Shown here: piece after piece, positions 19,806-29,478 of the stretch | How the letters are laid out: every line of letters starts with the position of its first letter | Position numbering within the stretch: position 1 is the stretch's first letter | DNA from: a virus | Reading direction: 5' to 3' (one strand) | DNA: 64,000 nt | IMG/VR virus record: IMGVR_UViG_3300042691_012617 | Span: 104,427 to 168,426 of that record | Position numbers and translations under genes: made by a program | The notes under the pieces: model-generated | What the model was told of the DNA's origin: nothing | The model's database searches: none | Seen by the model: the letters and a program-made list of their open reading frames with translations, nothing else

Positions 19806-20526
19806 TGGTCGCCAAGACATTCTTGATCTCCTCGGGCTTTAGGTCAAAGTTTCTTGCAAGACGCTCCTCAAAAAGCGGCTTGTCGTGTGCATACATTTCG
19901 GGAGACTCGTTCCGCGCATGGAGTGCATCGGGAGTCGTAGCCCCAACCCATTGGTGCTGAATGATGACATGATCAATGAACACGACCTTGCCAAGCATCT
20001 TCGCAACTTCCGTGAACTCATTGTCGCAGAATACGGACTTATACCCAGGGTAGTAAAGGTACCCAAAGCGTTCGAAATACTTGCGCCCCAAGATGGATAG
20101 TGTGATCAACTTGTTGCCTCCTGAGAATCCATCGTTAAACCACAGGACACCATCCGTGTCGGGGAAGAACTTCGCCATCGCCCGTGCAATGACATCGTCG
20201 TAACCTCCGTGGATAGGAATCATATCATCGGATGCAAGCAGGATGACATCGGGATTCAGGCGACGAACCACATCCAAGTCAGCGTTGATGGCAGAGATCT
20301 TGCCCGTGGACTTGCCACATACGGGATGGATACGCCCCTCAAGTTGTGAATTCAAACGACTGAACAGCGACCACATGTTGTCATTGTTCATGCTCGGATC
20401 GTCGTGATCAAACGAAACAACGAAATGTACCTCATGCATCCCCGAAAGGAAGTTGATGTACTTGTTCAATACTCCCACAAACTTTTCAGGTCGCCCCCGC
20501 GTGGGGAACTTAATCACCATTCTCAT
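19798..20526 (-). CDS. GT2-like glycosyltransferase
   Basis: FPTRGRP, LASDDM, SVFCDNE. Confidence 0.72.
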   Translation of the reverse strand: MRMVIKFPTRGRPEKFVGVLNKYINFLSGMHEVHFVVSFDHDDPSMNNDNMWSLFSRLNSQLEGRIHPVCGKSTGKISAINADLDVVRRLNPDVILLASDDMIPIHGGYDDVIARAMAKFFPDTDGVLWFNDGFSGGNKLITLSILGRKYFERFGYLYYPGYKSVFCDNEFTEVAKMLGKVVFIDHVIIQHQWVGATTPDALHARNESPEMYAHDKPLFEERLARNFDLKPEEIKNVLATNA

Positions 20527-21022
20527 CGGTCTCTCCCTTGTCATCATCGATGAACTCTACGACAGCATTCCCCGAATAATCGGCGGCATACTGCTTGGCT
20601 CGGCTGTAAAGAGATGAATCAACCTCACGGACATACTTGATGAAGTTGAGTGCGAAGTTCTGAATCGCATCATCAACCATCTGCTGCTCCTCTTCAGTCA
20701 TCTCCTCGTCTTCCTCAGGATGCTCGTCGCCGTAGTCGCGGTCATCGTTTGGTAGATTGATGCCACACTCCTCGGCAAGTTCCCGCATAGAGCAACCGAA
20801 GACCATGGCGGGTGTTCCCTCTCCAAGCCAACCGCCCAAGCAGTTGTGTTCAATCCATTCAACTGCCTCGTCTTCCTCCATGTTGTCTCGCTTGATCAGA
20901 ATGTCAATACAGCGACCATAGTCATAGACCGCGATTGCGCTCTTCTGACCGAATCGGCGCAGGACACCGATGAATGCGGGTTCAAAGCCGTCCCATAGGA
21001 GCGGCGGTGTATCATTCGACAT
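20510..21022 (-). CDS. conserved hypothetical phage protein
   Basis: DGFEPAFIG..AVYD..EAVEWIEHNCLGGWLGEGTP. Confidence 0.7.
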   Translation of the reverse strand: MSNDTPPLLWDGFEPAFIGVLRRFGQKSAIAVYDYGRCIDILIKRDNMEEDEAVEWIEHNCLGGWLGEGTPAMVFGCSMRELAEECGINLPNDDRDYGDEHPEEDEEMTEEEQQMVDDAIQNFALNFIKYVREVDSSLYSRAKQYAADYSGNAVVEFIDDDKGETDENGD

Positions 21023-22058
21023 CCTTGACCTCCTCCATGTCCTCATCCTGTCCGTACTTGAACTCCTTGGCAGCAGCCTCATCAAGAGCCTTGATCACAT
21101 CCTCTGTGAACCACTTCTCAGGATTCTTGATGATCTTGGATTCAAAGTCAGACTTGCCATCAGGGAATTGAACCTTGTTTGCAACCTTCTTGAAGATTGC
21201 ATGCTTGATGCCTAGATCGATCAGACCGTAATACCGATCAAGACCGCTATCGAAGTTCAGGAGGACATCAACCACGCGGTTCTCCTTGGTGAGGCGGCTC
21301 TTGTAAGCCTTGCAATGAATGATGTTGCCGATGATCTGTCCGTCACCGTCCTTGTGCTTCTTCTTGGACAGGTAGATGATCGTAGTTGCGGCGTACTTGA
21401 GACCGCTGCCGCCACCCATCTCCTTGGTCGGGACATATGCACCCACAACATCGTAGGTGTGGTTCGTCACAATCATGGGAATGTTATGCTTGCCCAACTT
21501 GAGGGTCACGGTGCGGAAGACAGACTTGATGACCTGACTGCGGGTCATGTCGCGGACTTCCTTGCCTTCTGTGCTGTCGTTCATCTCCTTGGAAGTCGAA
21601 AGCATTCCAAGAGAGTCAAGCACGATCATCATCGGCTTTCGCTCTGCCTTGTCCAACTTGCCGTAGTTCTCAAGGATCTGAAGCACCTGATGACGGAACT
21701 GCTCCACGGTGGAGACAGGGAACACGGCAACGCGAGTCTTGTCAAGACCACGCTCGGCAATCATCGTGCTTGTCACAGCCTGTTCGGAATCGAAGTACAG
21801 GATCGCCCCGTCCTTGTTGTCCTTGAGGAACTGCGCTGCGATGCCTAGGGCAAAGTATGTCTTGCCCGTGGCAGACTCACCCGCGATTCCTAGGATCTTG
21901 TTGTCGGGGATTCCCCCCTTCAGACTGCCCGATACGAGGGCATTGAAGGCGTAGGAGCCTGTATCGATGAAGCCACCGACATCGGCTTCCAAACCATCGT
22001 TTGCGATAGAGGCGTATTCGTTACCGCTGTTCTTGACGAGTGTCTTCAGAAAGTTCAT
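21012..22058 (-). CDS. uvsX: UvsX RecA-like recombinase
   Basis: IDTGS, GESATGKT, DSLGML, VTNHTY, MGGGSG. Confidence 0.95.
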   Translation of the reverse strand: MNFLKTLVKNSGNEYASIANDGLEADVGGFIDTGSYAFNALVSGSLKGGIPDNKILGIAGESATGKTYFALGIAAQFLKDNKDGAILYFDSEQAVTSTMIAERGLDKTRVAVFPVSTVEQFRHQVLQILENYGKLDKAERKPMMIVLDSLGMLSTSKEMNDSTEGKEVRDMTRSQVIKSVFRTVTLKLGKHNIPMIVTNHTYDVVGAYVPTKEMGGGSGLKYAATTIIYLSKKKHKDGDGQIIGNIIHCKAYKSRLTKENRVVDVLLNFDSGLDRYYGLIDLGIKHAIFKKVANKVQFPDGKSDFESKIIKNPEKWFTEDVIKALDEAAAKEFKYGQDEDMEEVKDVE

Positions 22059-22091
22059 TGTGTATACCTCACTAGGTTGATTTAGTTAATC

Positions 22092-22865
22092 TTACACCAA
22101 GCCATCGGGCTTGTCAAAGGGATCCGAGCCATATTTACAAACCTTCTCAAAAGTTTCGTATGTGTAGCCAACTTCATTCAGAGTCTTTAGGACTTGCTCC
22201 AACTCCTCCCGCGTGATGTGCGCGTCCGCGTGTGTGCCCGTGTGTGCGTCCGCGCCCGTGGGGCGAATGTCATGGAAGATGATGCTGATGCCCTTCTGAG
22301 CCTCTGCGGTCTCCCGTAGCCCCTCTAGGACGCGCTCCATGGCTCCGCTGCGGATCAGGGCTTCCCGTGGCTCCTCTTCCTTACCGAGTCTGTTCGGACT
22401 GAAAAACATGCGTTGTCCTGAGTAGAAGTGCGACTCGTTCCCAGGTCTTACATAGCAAAAGAATGGACTCACGGCTGAGTAAAGAGTCTCATCAAAGTGA
22501 GAGTATGGAAATGCGAAGTGGGTCGGCTTGAATCCCGCTCCTGCCATGTCTTCCATTGCGGGAAGCACCTCGTCATCGATGTAGCGGTCGATGTCATAAC
22601 GGCGACTGTACACCAATGCATCCTTATGACTCTTGCTATGACAGCCAATCACATGACCATCCTCGCGCAGTTCCTTGAGCATCTGAAGTTCGCTGACTTC
22701 CAACATGTGGAACGAATCGACATAGAACGCAACCTTTGCGTTGTACTTGTTGAACAGGTCACGGCATGCATACCAGTTCGACACCGAATGGTCATCGAAC
22801 GAAAGGTGTACATGTGGGTACTTGACCTTTTCCTCGCTGAGAAATGATCGGAATGCCTGAGCCAT
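22092..22865 (-). CDS. polysaccharide deacetylase (NodB/CE4-like) with capsid-targeting-like leader
   Basis: LSFDD, GCHSKSH, FAFPYS, IFHD; N-terminus MAQAFRSFLSEE; CTAAATA at 22872-22878. Confidence 0.75.
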   Translation of the reverse strand: MAQAFRSFLSEEKVKYPHVHLSFDDHSVSNWYACRDLFNKYNAKVAFYVDSFHMLEVSELQMLKELREDGHVIGCHSKSHKDALVYSRRYDIDRYIDDEVLPAMEDMAGAGFKPTHFAFPYSHFDETLYSAVSPFFCYVRPGNESHFYSGQRMFFSPNRLGKEEEPREALIRSGAMERVLEGLRETAEAQKGISIIFHDIRPTGADAHTGTHADAHITREELEQVLKTLNEVGYTYETFEKVCKYGSDPFDKPDGLV

Positions 22866-22879
22866 ACGCTCTATTTAGG

Positions 22880-25423
22880 TCAGGCGAACAGACCTTCCAA
22901 CGAGCCTTGCTCCTTGACCTTCCACCCGATGCAGTTGAGAATGTTCGATAGTGGTTCGATGAAAGCCTTCTCAAACTGAGTCTCACGGTCAATGAAGCCA
23001 TCAAGCGCAAACTCCTCGGGGAATGTAGCGGGGAACGAAAGCACTTTCTCCTTCAGCGGATTGGGAACCTTGAGTTCAACATACTTGATCTTCTCGCTGT
23101 TACGGATCAGGGGATACTTCTTTGACAGCCCCATCTTCTTGATCCAATAGTTGTAGACAAGCGACCCCTTGACATGCATGGGTGTGCCCTTCTTGTAGAT
23201 GCTTGCAGCATCAGCGTAGTCATCCATGCCGTTGCACCCACGCGGGAACGCAATGTCATAGATCGGAAGAGTCACGAACTCGTCATGAAACTTCTCCACG
23301 AAAGAATGCAATGCGCCTTCGTCAGCGGTCAGGATCAACTTGATCGCTTCCTTGAGTCGTGTGCGGACGATCTGCGGGGTGGACGAACGGGCGGTTTCGA
23401 TACCCATGATCTTGAGATCGGGATCGTCCATGTAAACATTGTCTTCGCCAAGGTGAACCGCAAGCATGTAACGCTTCTTGGCGGTGAACACACCCTTTGC
23501 AGCGATGGCTTCTCGCTTCATCGACATCCGATTGGCGTAGGCATTCATTCGACCCGACAACTGCTCATACCACTTGTTGATCTTCGGGGAGATCACATCG
23601 TTGCAGAACTTGTCAACCATCTCGGTGGTCTTCTTTTTGTCCTTCTTGGGGAAAGCCTTGGCAACAAGCGGACCAAGCCTGAGGTACACCGAATCTGTGT
23701 CCACGGCAATCACATAGTCCTCGCCCTCCGTGCTGCAAGCCTTGTTGAGGAAACGGTTGAGATTGTCCTCTGCCCAACGAATCGACAACTGCCCCGACAC
23801 GGTGATCGCTTCTGCCATACTGAGGTTGTAGTAACGGCAGTACTGATTGCCCAAAGCACCGAATGCGCTGTTCAACTGCACCTTACGCACCAACTGGAAG
23901 TTATGAAACTTGGACACTTCCTTCTTCTTGGCGGCAACAGTAGCGGGATCAGCCTTGGTTCCCTCGGTCTTGATCCATCCCTTCGCGTCAAGCATGCGCC
24001 TCTTGTATTCCTTGCGTTGGGCATACATGGTGTCCATGAGTTCGGGGAGGAAGCCTCGGACATCCCTGCGGTACATCGTGCCGTTCGCAGCCACGCAGAT
24101 GTTCTTCTGCTTTGCCATGGAGAGGAAGCCCTCCAAAGAGGGATCCTTACCCTCGGTCAGCAACGAGTCCACGGACACGGCAGGAACCCTGTCGCTCATG
24201 ATGGTCTCGGGGCTGAGGTTGTACTGCATGATCAGGTGAGGATACAGCGAGTCCAAGTCGAAAGAGACCACCCACTCATGTTCACCCACGATGGGAGTCT
24301 TGACATATGCACCTTCGAACTGGTTGTCCTTGTCGTTGCCTGTCTTGGGCGGGATGGCGATCTTCTTGGTGCGGAGGTGGTTGTAGATGATGCTGTCCCA
24401 CATGCGTACCTGTGAGAAGACATCCCCGAAGTTGCTTCTTGCGCTGTACGCAAGTGCCTGTGCGAGTTCGATCAGCCGCAACTTGTCTTCCAACTTGGAA
24501 ACAAGCACCGTATCCTTGATGTTGTACTCCATGAACCGCTGAAAGTCCTTGCGGTACAGGTCCGTCAGGGTACCGACATCTGAGTAGTCCATCTTCGTCT
24601 CGCCCAACTCAACGGACGCGATGTGCTGCAACTTGTATGACTCGGGGGTAATGAAGGTGAACTTCTTGTACAAGTCCATGTAGTCAAGGATGGTGATCCC
24701 TGAGAACTCGTACACCATGTTCTTGCGCTCCATGACATAGACCTCGCGGGAGCGGTACTCGCCCCACGGGGACAGTCTCTTGGCAGACTTGGTTCCTAGA
24801 ACCCGTTCGATGCGGCGGCAAAGATAGGGCATGTCGAACATGTTGACATTCCACCCCGTGACGATGTCACAATCCAACGATTCCCAAACATCCAAGAAGC
24901 CGTGGAGCAACTGTGACTCTTCGGAGTAGCGATGGGCAACCACTCCCTCGGGAGCCTTGAAATCGCCCAAGCCAAATGCATGGATCTCCTTGCCCTGCAT
25001 GATCGTAATTGCATTGACCTTTTCGGATGCCTCCTCGGGGGTGGCAAATCCGTTTTCGCTCTCAACTTCGATGTCGATGTAGGAGATGCGGATCAGGGTT
25101 GGGTCGTATTCAAGTTCACCCTCGCTGCCATAGTTCTCAGCGATGAACTGATACTGTGATTCGATATCGCCGTAGACTGTGAAGCCCTCCACATCGGAGT
25201 ACTTCTTGATGAACTCCCGTGCTTCGAACATGTTTTCAAAGTCAACGGGATCGACCCTGTTCCCGTCGATGGTGTGCCATGAATCAGGCTTTACCTTCTT
25301 CGTGGGTACGAACAGGGTTGGTCGAAAGGTAAGGGATTCATGCACACGCTTGCCATGCTTGTCATAGCCGCGATGCAGGAGTCTGCCGCCCTTGGTAACA
25401 ACATTAGTGTAGAATGGATTCAC
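22880..25423 (-). CDS. gp43: family B DNA polymerase (T4 gp43)
   Basis: DIE (ExoI), SFDLDSLYP, KVQLNSAFG, VDTDSVY, KKRY; no intein or intron evident. Confidence 0.97.
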   Translation of the reverse strand: MNPFYTNVVTKGGRLLHRGYDKHGKRVHESLTFRPTLFVPTKKVKPDSWHTIDGNRVDPVDFENMFEAREFIKKYSDVEGFTVYGDIESQYQFIAENYGSEGELEYDPTLIRISYIDIEVESENGFATPEEASEKVNAITIMQGKEIHAFGLGDFKAPEGVVAHRYSEESQLLHGFLDVWESLDCDIVTGWNVNMFDMPYLCRRIERVLGTKSAKRLSPWGEYRSREVYVMERKNMVYEFSGITILDYMDLYKKFTFITPESYKLQHIASVELGETKMDYSDVGTLTDLYRKDFQRFMEYNIKDTVLVSKLEDKLRLIELAQALAYSARSNFGDVFSQVRMWDSIIYNHLRTKKIAIPPKTGNDKDNQFEGAYVKTPIVGEHEWVVSFDLDSLYPHLIMQYNLSPETIMSDRVPAVSVDSLLTEGKDPSLEGFLSMAKQKNICVAANGTMYRRDVRGFLPELMDTMYAQRKEYKRRMLDAKGWIKTEGTKADPATVAAKKKEVSKFHNFQLVRKVQLNSAFGALGNQYCRYYNLSMAEAITVSGQLSIRWAEDNLNRFLNKACSTEGEDYVIAVDTDSVYLRLGPLVAKAFPKKDKKKTTEMVDKFCNDVISPKINKWYEQLSGRMNAYANRMSMKREAIAAKGVFTAKKRYMLAVHLGEDNVYMDDPDLKIMGIETARSSTPQIVRTRLKEAIKLILTADEGALHSFVEKFHDEFVTLPIYDIAFPRGCNGMDDYADAASIYKKGTPMHVKGSLVYNYWIKKMGLSKKYPLIRNSEKIKYVELKVPNPLKEKVLSFPATFPEEFALDGFIDRETQFEKAFIEPLSNILNCIGWKVKEQGSLEGLFA

Positions 25424-25698
25424 TCAGATTCCTTGCGGTCAACGGCGAGAATGATGTCTTGGTGAATGATATCACAAGACTCATGACCGCGACCTCTTCC
25501 TTTGGTGATGTCCCAAAGAACCTTATCACCAACACGAATGTCCTCGGTGACCTTATCGCCCACCGAAACAACTACGCTCCAAATGTTTGGATTCGTGATC
25601 TTCTCTGTATAGATGATCCCTGCGTCAGTCTTCTTTTGCTGACCAAGACCTTCTGTTCGTACAGAAACCCACTTGCCGATTGTCTTCAGTTTACTCAT
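25420..25698 (-). CDS. GroES-like co-chaperonin
   Basis: KTDAGIIY, VVSVGDKV, IRVGDKV, DIILAV. Confidence 0.7.
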   Translation of the reverse strand: MSKLKTIGKWVSVRTEGLGQQKKTDAGIIYTEKITNPNIWSVVVSVGDKVTEDIRVGDKVLWDITKGRGRGHESCDIIHQDIILAVDRKESE

Positions 25699-26618
25699 GT
25701 GCCCCTCTGTTTAGGATATGGTAGTGTCTTGTTACGGGCTTCGAACTCTCTGCGGAGTTTCTTCGTCTCTGCCTTGGTTGTGGCAAGTACATAAGCATAC
25801 TTGTGCTTCGATGGCATGTCAATCGAAACCGATTCAGATTGCTTCAACTTGCTATGGGATCTCAGCGCAGCCTCAACCAACGGGGGCACATTTGCCCAAA
25901 GCATTCCGCTGTTGTCGCACCATGACTTGTCCCATTGGATTCCCAACTCTTTGGCATACTTCTTGTATGCACTTCGTTGGCGAAAGAAACGATCAGATAC
26001 GATTCGACCTGTGTATGGGTTGATGTATCTCGTAGTCGTTCCCGATTCATTGCCCAAATAATAGAAGTTGCATGCCTGATAGATGGTACCAATTTCTTTT
26101 GCTGTGGGATCGGAATACGCGGTGAACAGCCTGTACTGCGTGTTCTTTACCATCCACCCTATGCTTGACATGAGGAACGATGATGCAAGATTCTTTGGAC
26201 TCCATGAAATACATGCACCCCTGCTGATCAGGCGTTCGATGTTTTTTGTATCTTCGCCAAGCAACTTGCTGAATGCATTTGGTAGGTTCATGAGAGTCAC
26301 CCCTGCGAGGATGTCCTTGCCCATAAGACCTTGATCGGGATCGTGATAGTATGCACCAAACCAATGTGTGGTGTACTGTGAGAGATTGCCTAGCCACTCA
26401 TGCCGTTCGATGAACGCGGTGGCATCCTGACGATCACGCTCCGTGGTCAGCGGTCGGAAATGAAAGTCTGCGGCGGTAAGAGTCTTGATGCGCTCAGGAT
26501 CGATGCCACTCTCTTGAATGTCCTGTTCAAGATTGTTTACGCGGATATCGTACTGCCAACAATGGTTCTTGTCGTAGTTCTTGGCGCGTTCGATGATGTC
26601 TACCGCAGATCGTTTCAT
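25695..26618 (-). CDS. Mom-like GNAT acetyltransferase, putative DNA modification enzyme
   Basis: FIERHEWLG, PKNLAS, AYSDP..GTIYQACNFYYLG, KHKY. Confidence 0.65.
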   Translation of the reverse strand: MKRSAVDIIERAKNYDKNHCWQYDIRVNNLEQDIQESGIDPERIKTLTAADFHFRPLTTERDRQDATAFIERHEWLGNLSQYTTHWFGAYYHDPDQGLMGKDILAGVTLMNLPNAFSKLLGEDTKNIERLISRGACISWSPKNLASSFLMSSIGWMVKNTQYRLFTAYSDPTAKEIGTIYQACNFYYLGNESGTTTRYINPYTGRIVSDRFFRQRSAYKKYAKELGIQWDKSWCDNSGMLWANVPPLVEAALRSHSKLKQSESVSIDMPSKHKYAYVLATTKAETKKLRREFEARNKTLPYPKQRGT

Positions 26619-27697
26619 TTCTTGCCGATGTATTCATGTGAGTAGCAGAGGCGATGGGCATGCTTCATCTTGTAGCCCTCTTCGTATGTGCTTCTGCCCT
26701 TGCTGTAGTCCTCGCGTGTGCGCTCGTTCTTGCTCGTCGGCTTCCACAGGGGAGACCGATTCCTGTACTCGCCCATGCGCGGGTGTGCGGTCTTGGAGAA
26801 GTACCGACAGCCCTGACGGACGAAGAGTTCAGCCGTGGCATCAGAGATTCGTACCCCTAGCCCCAAGCCTTGGTAGTCAGGAAGCACCACCGTCCTATGA
26901 CCACGCCAAGCATTCTTCAGGTTTCCATTGGGGAACGAAAGGGCAGCGGAGAATCCGACAGGAGTTCCGTCCCAAGCAACGATCCAACATCGTGCGCCTT
27001 TATTGATGTTTCCGTCGAGATAGTGATGGTGGCGGAACATTGCCCACGCTTCGGGTGAGCAAGGAAGCATCTCCAAAACGATTTCGGGTTGCCTTTCATA
27101 CCCCCTTGCGGTCAACTTACCGCTGCTCGTATCAAACACCCAATCGGGACGCAGCCATTCGATGATGTCGTAGTGACATGACGCGAACACCAAGCCCTTG
27201 ATGTTCTTCTGATCGGCATAGCGGCGAATCGAATGGGCACATGACTTGGCGACATTCCTATCTACCACAGATGTGAACTCATCGATCACGGCACCGTCTT
27301 GCAGCCGTCTAGCCAAGTCGGCACGGAACTTCTCTCCTGTGGACAGGACATGATATGGACGCATCCATGCGGGAATGGAGTTGAAGCCTACCGCTGACAG
27401 CCGCTCACGGGCATCCACGGCGTTGTTGAAGTGCGAACAGACCGCTAGAGAAGGATCCCAATCGATTCGCTGCTCTTCACCAAACTGACGGAGGATGGTT
27501 GACTTGCCTGTTCCCGATGGACCTACGATCAACCCGATCCCATACTCCGATGGGAGTGGTGGGAGAGCGGGGGGTGTGAAGGTGCTTGTCCCCGTGAACG
27601 GATAGTCAAATGCCGATGACAGTTCCTTGACGGTATCATCGACCTTTACATGACTGATCAGTTCTGTTGATTTGGTAGGCTCATCGAAAAGACTCAT
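26615..27697 (-). CDS. ABC-type ATPase fused to GNAT acetyltransferase
   Basis: GPSGTGKS, LSTGEKFR, IDEFTSVVDR; C-terminal HHYL, RTVVLPDYQGLGLG acetyl-CoA motif. Confidence 0.85.
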   Translation of the reverse strand: MSLFDEPTKSTELISHVKVDDTVKELSSAFDYPFTGTSTFTPPALPPLPSEYGIGLIVGPSGTGKSTILRQFGEEQRIDWDPSLAVCSHFNNAVDARERLSAVGFNSIPAWMRPYHVLSTGEKFRADLARRLQDGAVIDEFTSVVDRNVAKSCAHSIRRYADQKNIKGLVFASCHYDIIEWLRPDWVFDTSSGKLTARGYERQPEIVLEMLPCSPEAWAMFRHHHYLDGNINKGARCWIVAWDGTPVGFSAALSFPNGNLKNAWRGHRTVVLPDYQGLGLGVRISDATAELFVRQGCRYFSKTAHPRMGEYRNRSPLWKPTSKNERTREDYSKGRSTYEEGYKMKHAHRLCYSHEYIGKK

Positions 27698-28128
27698 GTT
27701 TCATGCCACTTCTTAAGGATCCAACTGGAGGAATTCTTCTTGTCCTCGCCGCCGACACCAAACACAAACGATAGGTTGCTGTCTTCAATATCCATCTCGG
27801 GGATGTTTTCCTTGGTCCGATCACCCCCGTTTGCAAACACGATGTGTGCATCAGGGTACAACTTTCGCAGGGTGATGATAGCCTGTTTCGCGCTGTTATC
27901 ATCGTCATTGAAGGCAATGATATCATCAACCATCCACAAAGACGAGACAATAGTTGCCCGTTCGTGAAGAGGCATGAATGGCTTTCCCTTCTTTCGGGTC
28001 AGCCATTCATCAGAGTTGAGACCTACAACAAGGCGGTCGCCAAACCCTCGCGCCGCCTTGAAGTATGCGATATGTCCGCTGTGAAGGGGGTCGAACCCCC
28101 CTGTCATCAAAACGACCTTCTCCATCAC
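27694..28128 (-). CDS. cytidylyltransferase-like nucleotidyltransferase (TagD/RfaE family)
   Basis: GGFDPLHSGH, NSDEWLTRKKG, FANGGDR, NSSS. Confidence 0.88.
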   Translation of the reverse strand: MMEKVVLMTGGFDPLHSGHIAYFKAARGFGDRLVVGLNSDEWLTRKKGKPFMPLHERATIVSSLWMVDDIIAFNDDDNSAKQAIITLRKLYPDAHIVFANGGDRTKENIPEMDIEDSNLSFVFGVGGEDKKNSSSWILKKWHET

Positions 28129-28580
28129 AACTCCTTCTTAATCTTATTCCAGTACTTCGTGGTGTTGTCCCACGCCTTCTTTTCCTTTGCCTTCTTGCTG
28201 TGCTGCTTCTTCAGGATGTTGCACCCGCCGTTGTGAATTCGGGCAAGTTGCTCAACAGTCGCATCAACGGGCGCGTATCGCTTGAGATAGGCTCGGACAA
28301 CCCGCTCGGCGTACTCAGGATTGAAGCAGTCCTTGTACGATCCTCCAAGCGACTTGTCGAAGTCAACTGCATCCTGCCAGTATCCTTGGTGGATCTGATA
28401 GATTCCAATCGCAGCACCTCCGTCCCCAACAGCCTTCGGATCGTTCCGCGACTCCACCCGTGCCAACGCAGGAAGCAGTCGGTCGATGTTGTCTGTGAGA
28501 TCTGCATTAGCAAGTCTGCACGGAAGGAGAAGGCTCGTAAAGAGGATGACCACCAAGAGGATTCGACGGGACATGTTCAT
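28125..28580 (-). CDS. lysozyme/transglycosylase-like protein with N-terminal hydrophobic signal
   Basis: ARVES..AVGD..GIYQI..YW.DA, ARIHNGG. Confidence 0.72.
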   Translation of the reverse strand: MNMSRRILLVVILFTSLLLPCRLANADLTDNIDRLLPALARVESRNDPKAVGDGGAAIGIYQIHQGYWQDAVDFDKSLGGSYKDCFNPEYAERVVRAYLKRYAPVDATVEQLARIHNGGCNILKKQHSKKAKEKKAWDNTTKYWNKIKKEL

Positions 28581-28902
28581 GCTTCTGCTCCTTCTTTGAC
28601 TGAAGGTATGAATAGAAGAGGACTGAGTAGTTGATCAGGTCAAGACAAGTGTCCTCTACAGACTCGTCCTTCACCTCTAGGGTGCCCGATTCAACAAACG
28701 ATGAGAGGCGGGACATCTTGTCGGTCATGCGGACAAGCATACCCGCTTCGGTACGGCAGATGCCCATGGCTTCACAGCGAGTGAAGTTGGCGAACGGCTC
28801 GTCGCCGCCCTTTCCTGCATAGTCGGCGTTCTTCTTCTGCATCAGGGAGAAAGCCTTGTTGCAGAGGGTCTTGTGGTGGGCAAGCAGTTCATCACGATCC
28901 AT
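28507..28902 (-). CDS. DUF1599-like nucleotide-modification-associated protein
   Basis: KKNADY, PFANF, VRMTDKMSRL, ESVEDTCLDLINYS. Confidence 0.72.
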   Translation of the reverse strand: MDRDELLAHHKTLCNKAFSLMQKKNADYAGKGGDEPFANFTRCEAMGICRTEAGMLVRMTDKMSRLSSFVESGTLEVKDESVEDTCLDLINYSVLFYSYLQSKKEQKHEHVPSNPLGGHPLYEPSPSVQTC

Positions 28903-28904
28903 TA

Positions 28905-29444
28905 TTAAGCCTTTCCTGTTGAGCCGAAGCCGCCGCTACGGTCGGTCTTACCCTTAACTTCATCGGCAATCTGCACGATGTTCGTGTAGATTTTCTCGAC
29001 AATTTCCCCTTGGCAGATGCGGTCTCCATGGGTTATGCGGACATTCACGGTGCTAGTGTTGGTTACTGGCACCATGAGTTGGTGGGTGTAGTCGGAGTCG
29101 ATAACACCCTCACAGTTCGAAAGCATCAGACCTCCCTTGAGCGCGAGACCTGAGCGCATGTGTAGGCGCACGGAGTAGCCCTCGGGAATGTCTAGGACAA
29201 GTTGAGTCGGGAGCAGGGCGCGTTCGTTCGGTCTGATAACGATGGCGGCATCCTTGCTGCCTTGCACATCGTCCACGAACGCGAGAGCCTTGTAGTTGAC
29301 GCTGTTGGCTCCCCACATGTCAACCTCGCGCTTACCCGCAGGGAGGCACACGCGCACATCGAAACATGCTGAATGTTGGGTTGCGTAAGCGGGAAGGAAT
29401 GCATCGGGGTGCAACTTGTGGCACCCAAGGGTCACTTGCTTCAT
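28905..29444 (-). CDS. dut: trimeric dUTPase
   Basis: ACFDV, RSGLA, GVIDSDY, GDRICQ, RSGGFGSTG. Confidence 0.93.
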   Translation of the reverse strand: MKQVTLGCHKLHPDAFLPAYATQHSACFDVRVCLPAGKREVDMWGANSVNYKALAFVDDVQGSKDAAIVIRPNERALLPTQLVLDIPEGYSVRLHMRSGLALKGGLMLSNCEGVIDSDYTHQLMVPVTNTSTVNVRITHGDRICQGEIVEKIYTNIVQIADEVKGKTDRSGGFGSTGKA

Positions 29445-29478
29445 GGTGTAGATTTCACTTTGCATTACGAAGATTGTA

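Noticed and set aside
23174-24415. 413-aa plus-strand ORF (likewise 45135-46247 and the other plus-strand ORFs)
   Set aside because: Antisense to well-supported genes; expected from codon bias on the coding strand.
22880-25423. Intein/intron or split in DNA polymerase or helicase
   Set aside because: Lengths and motif order are ordinary and continuous.
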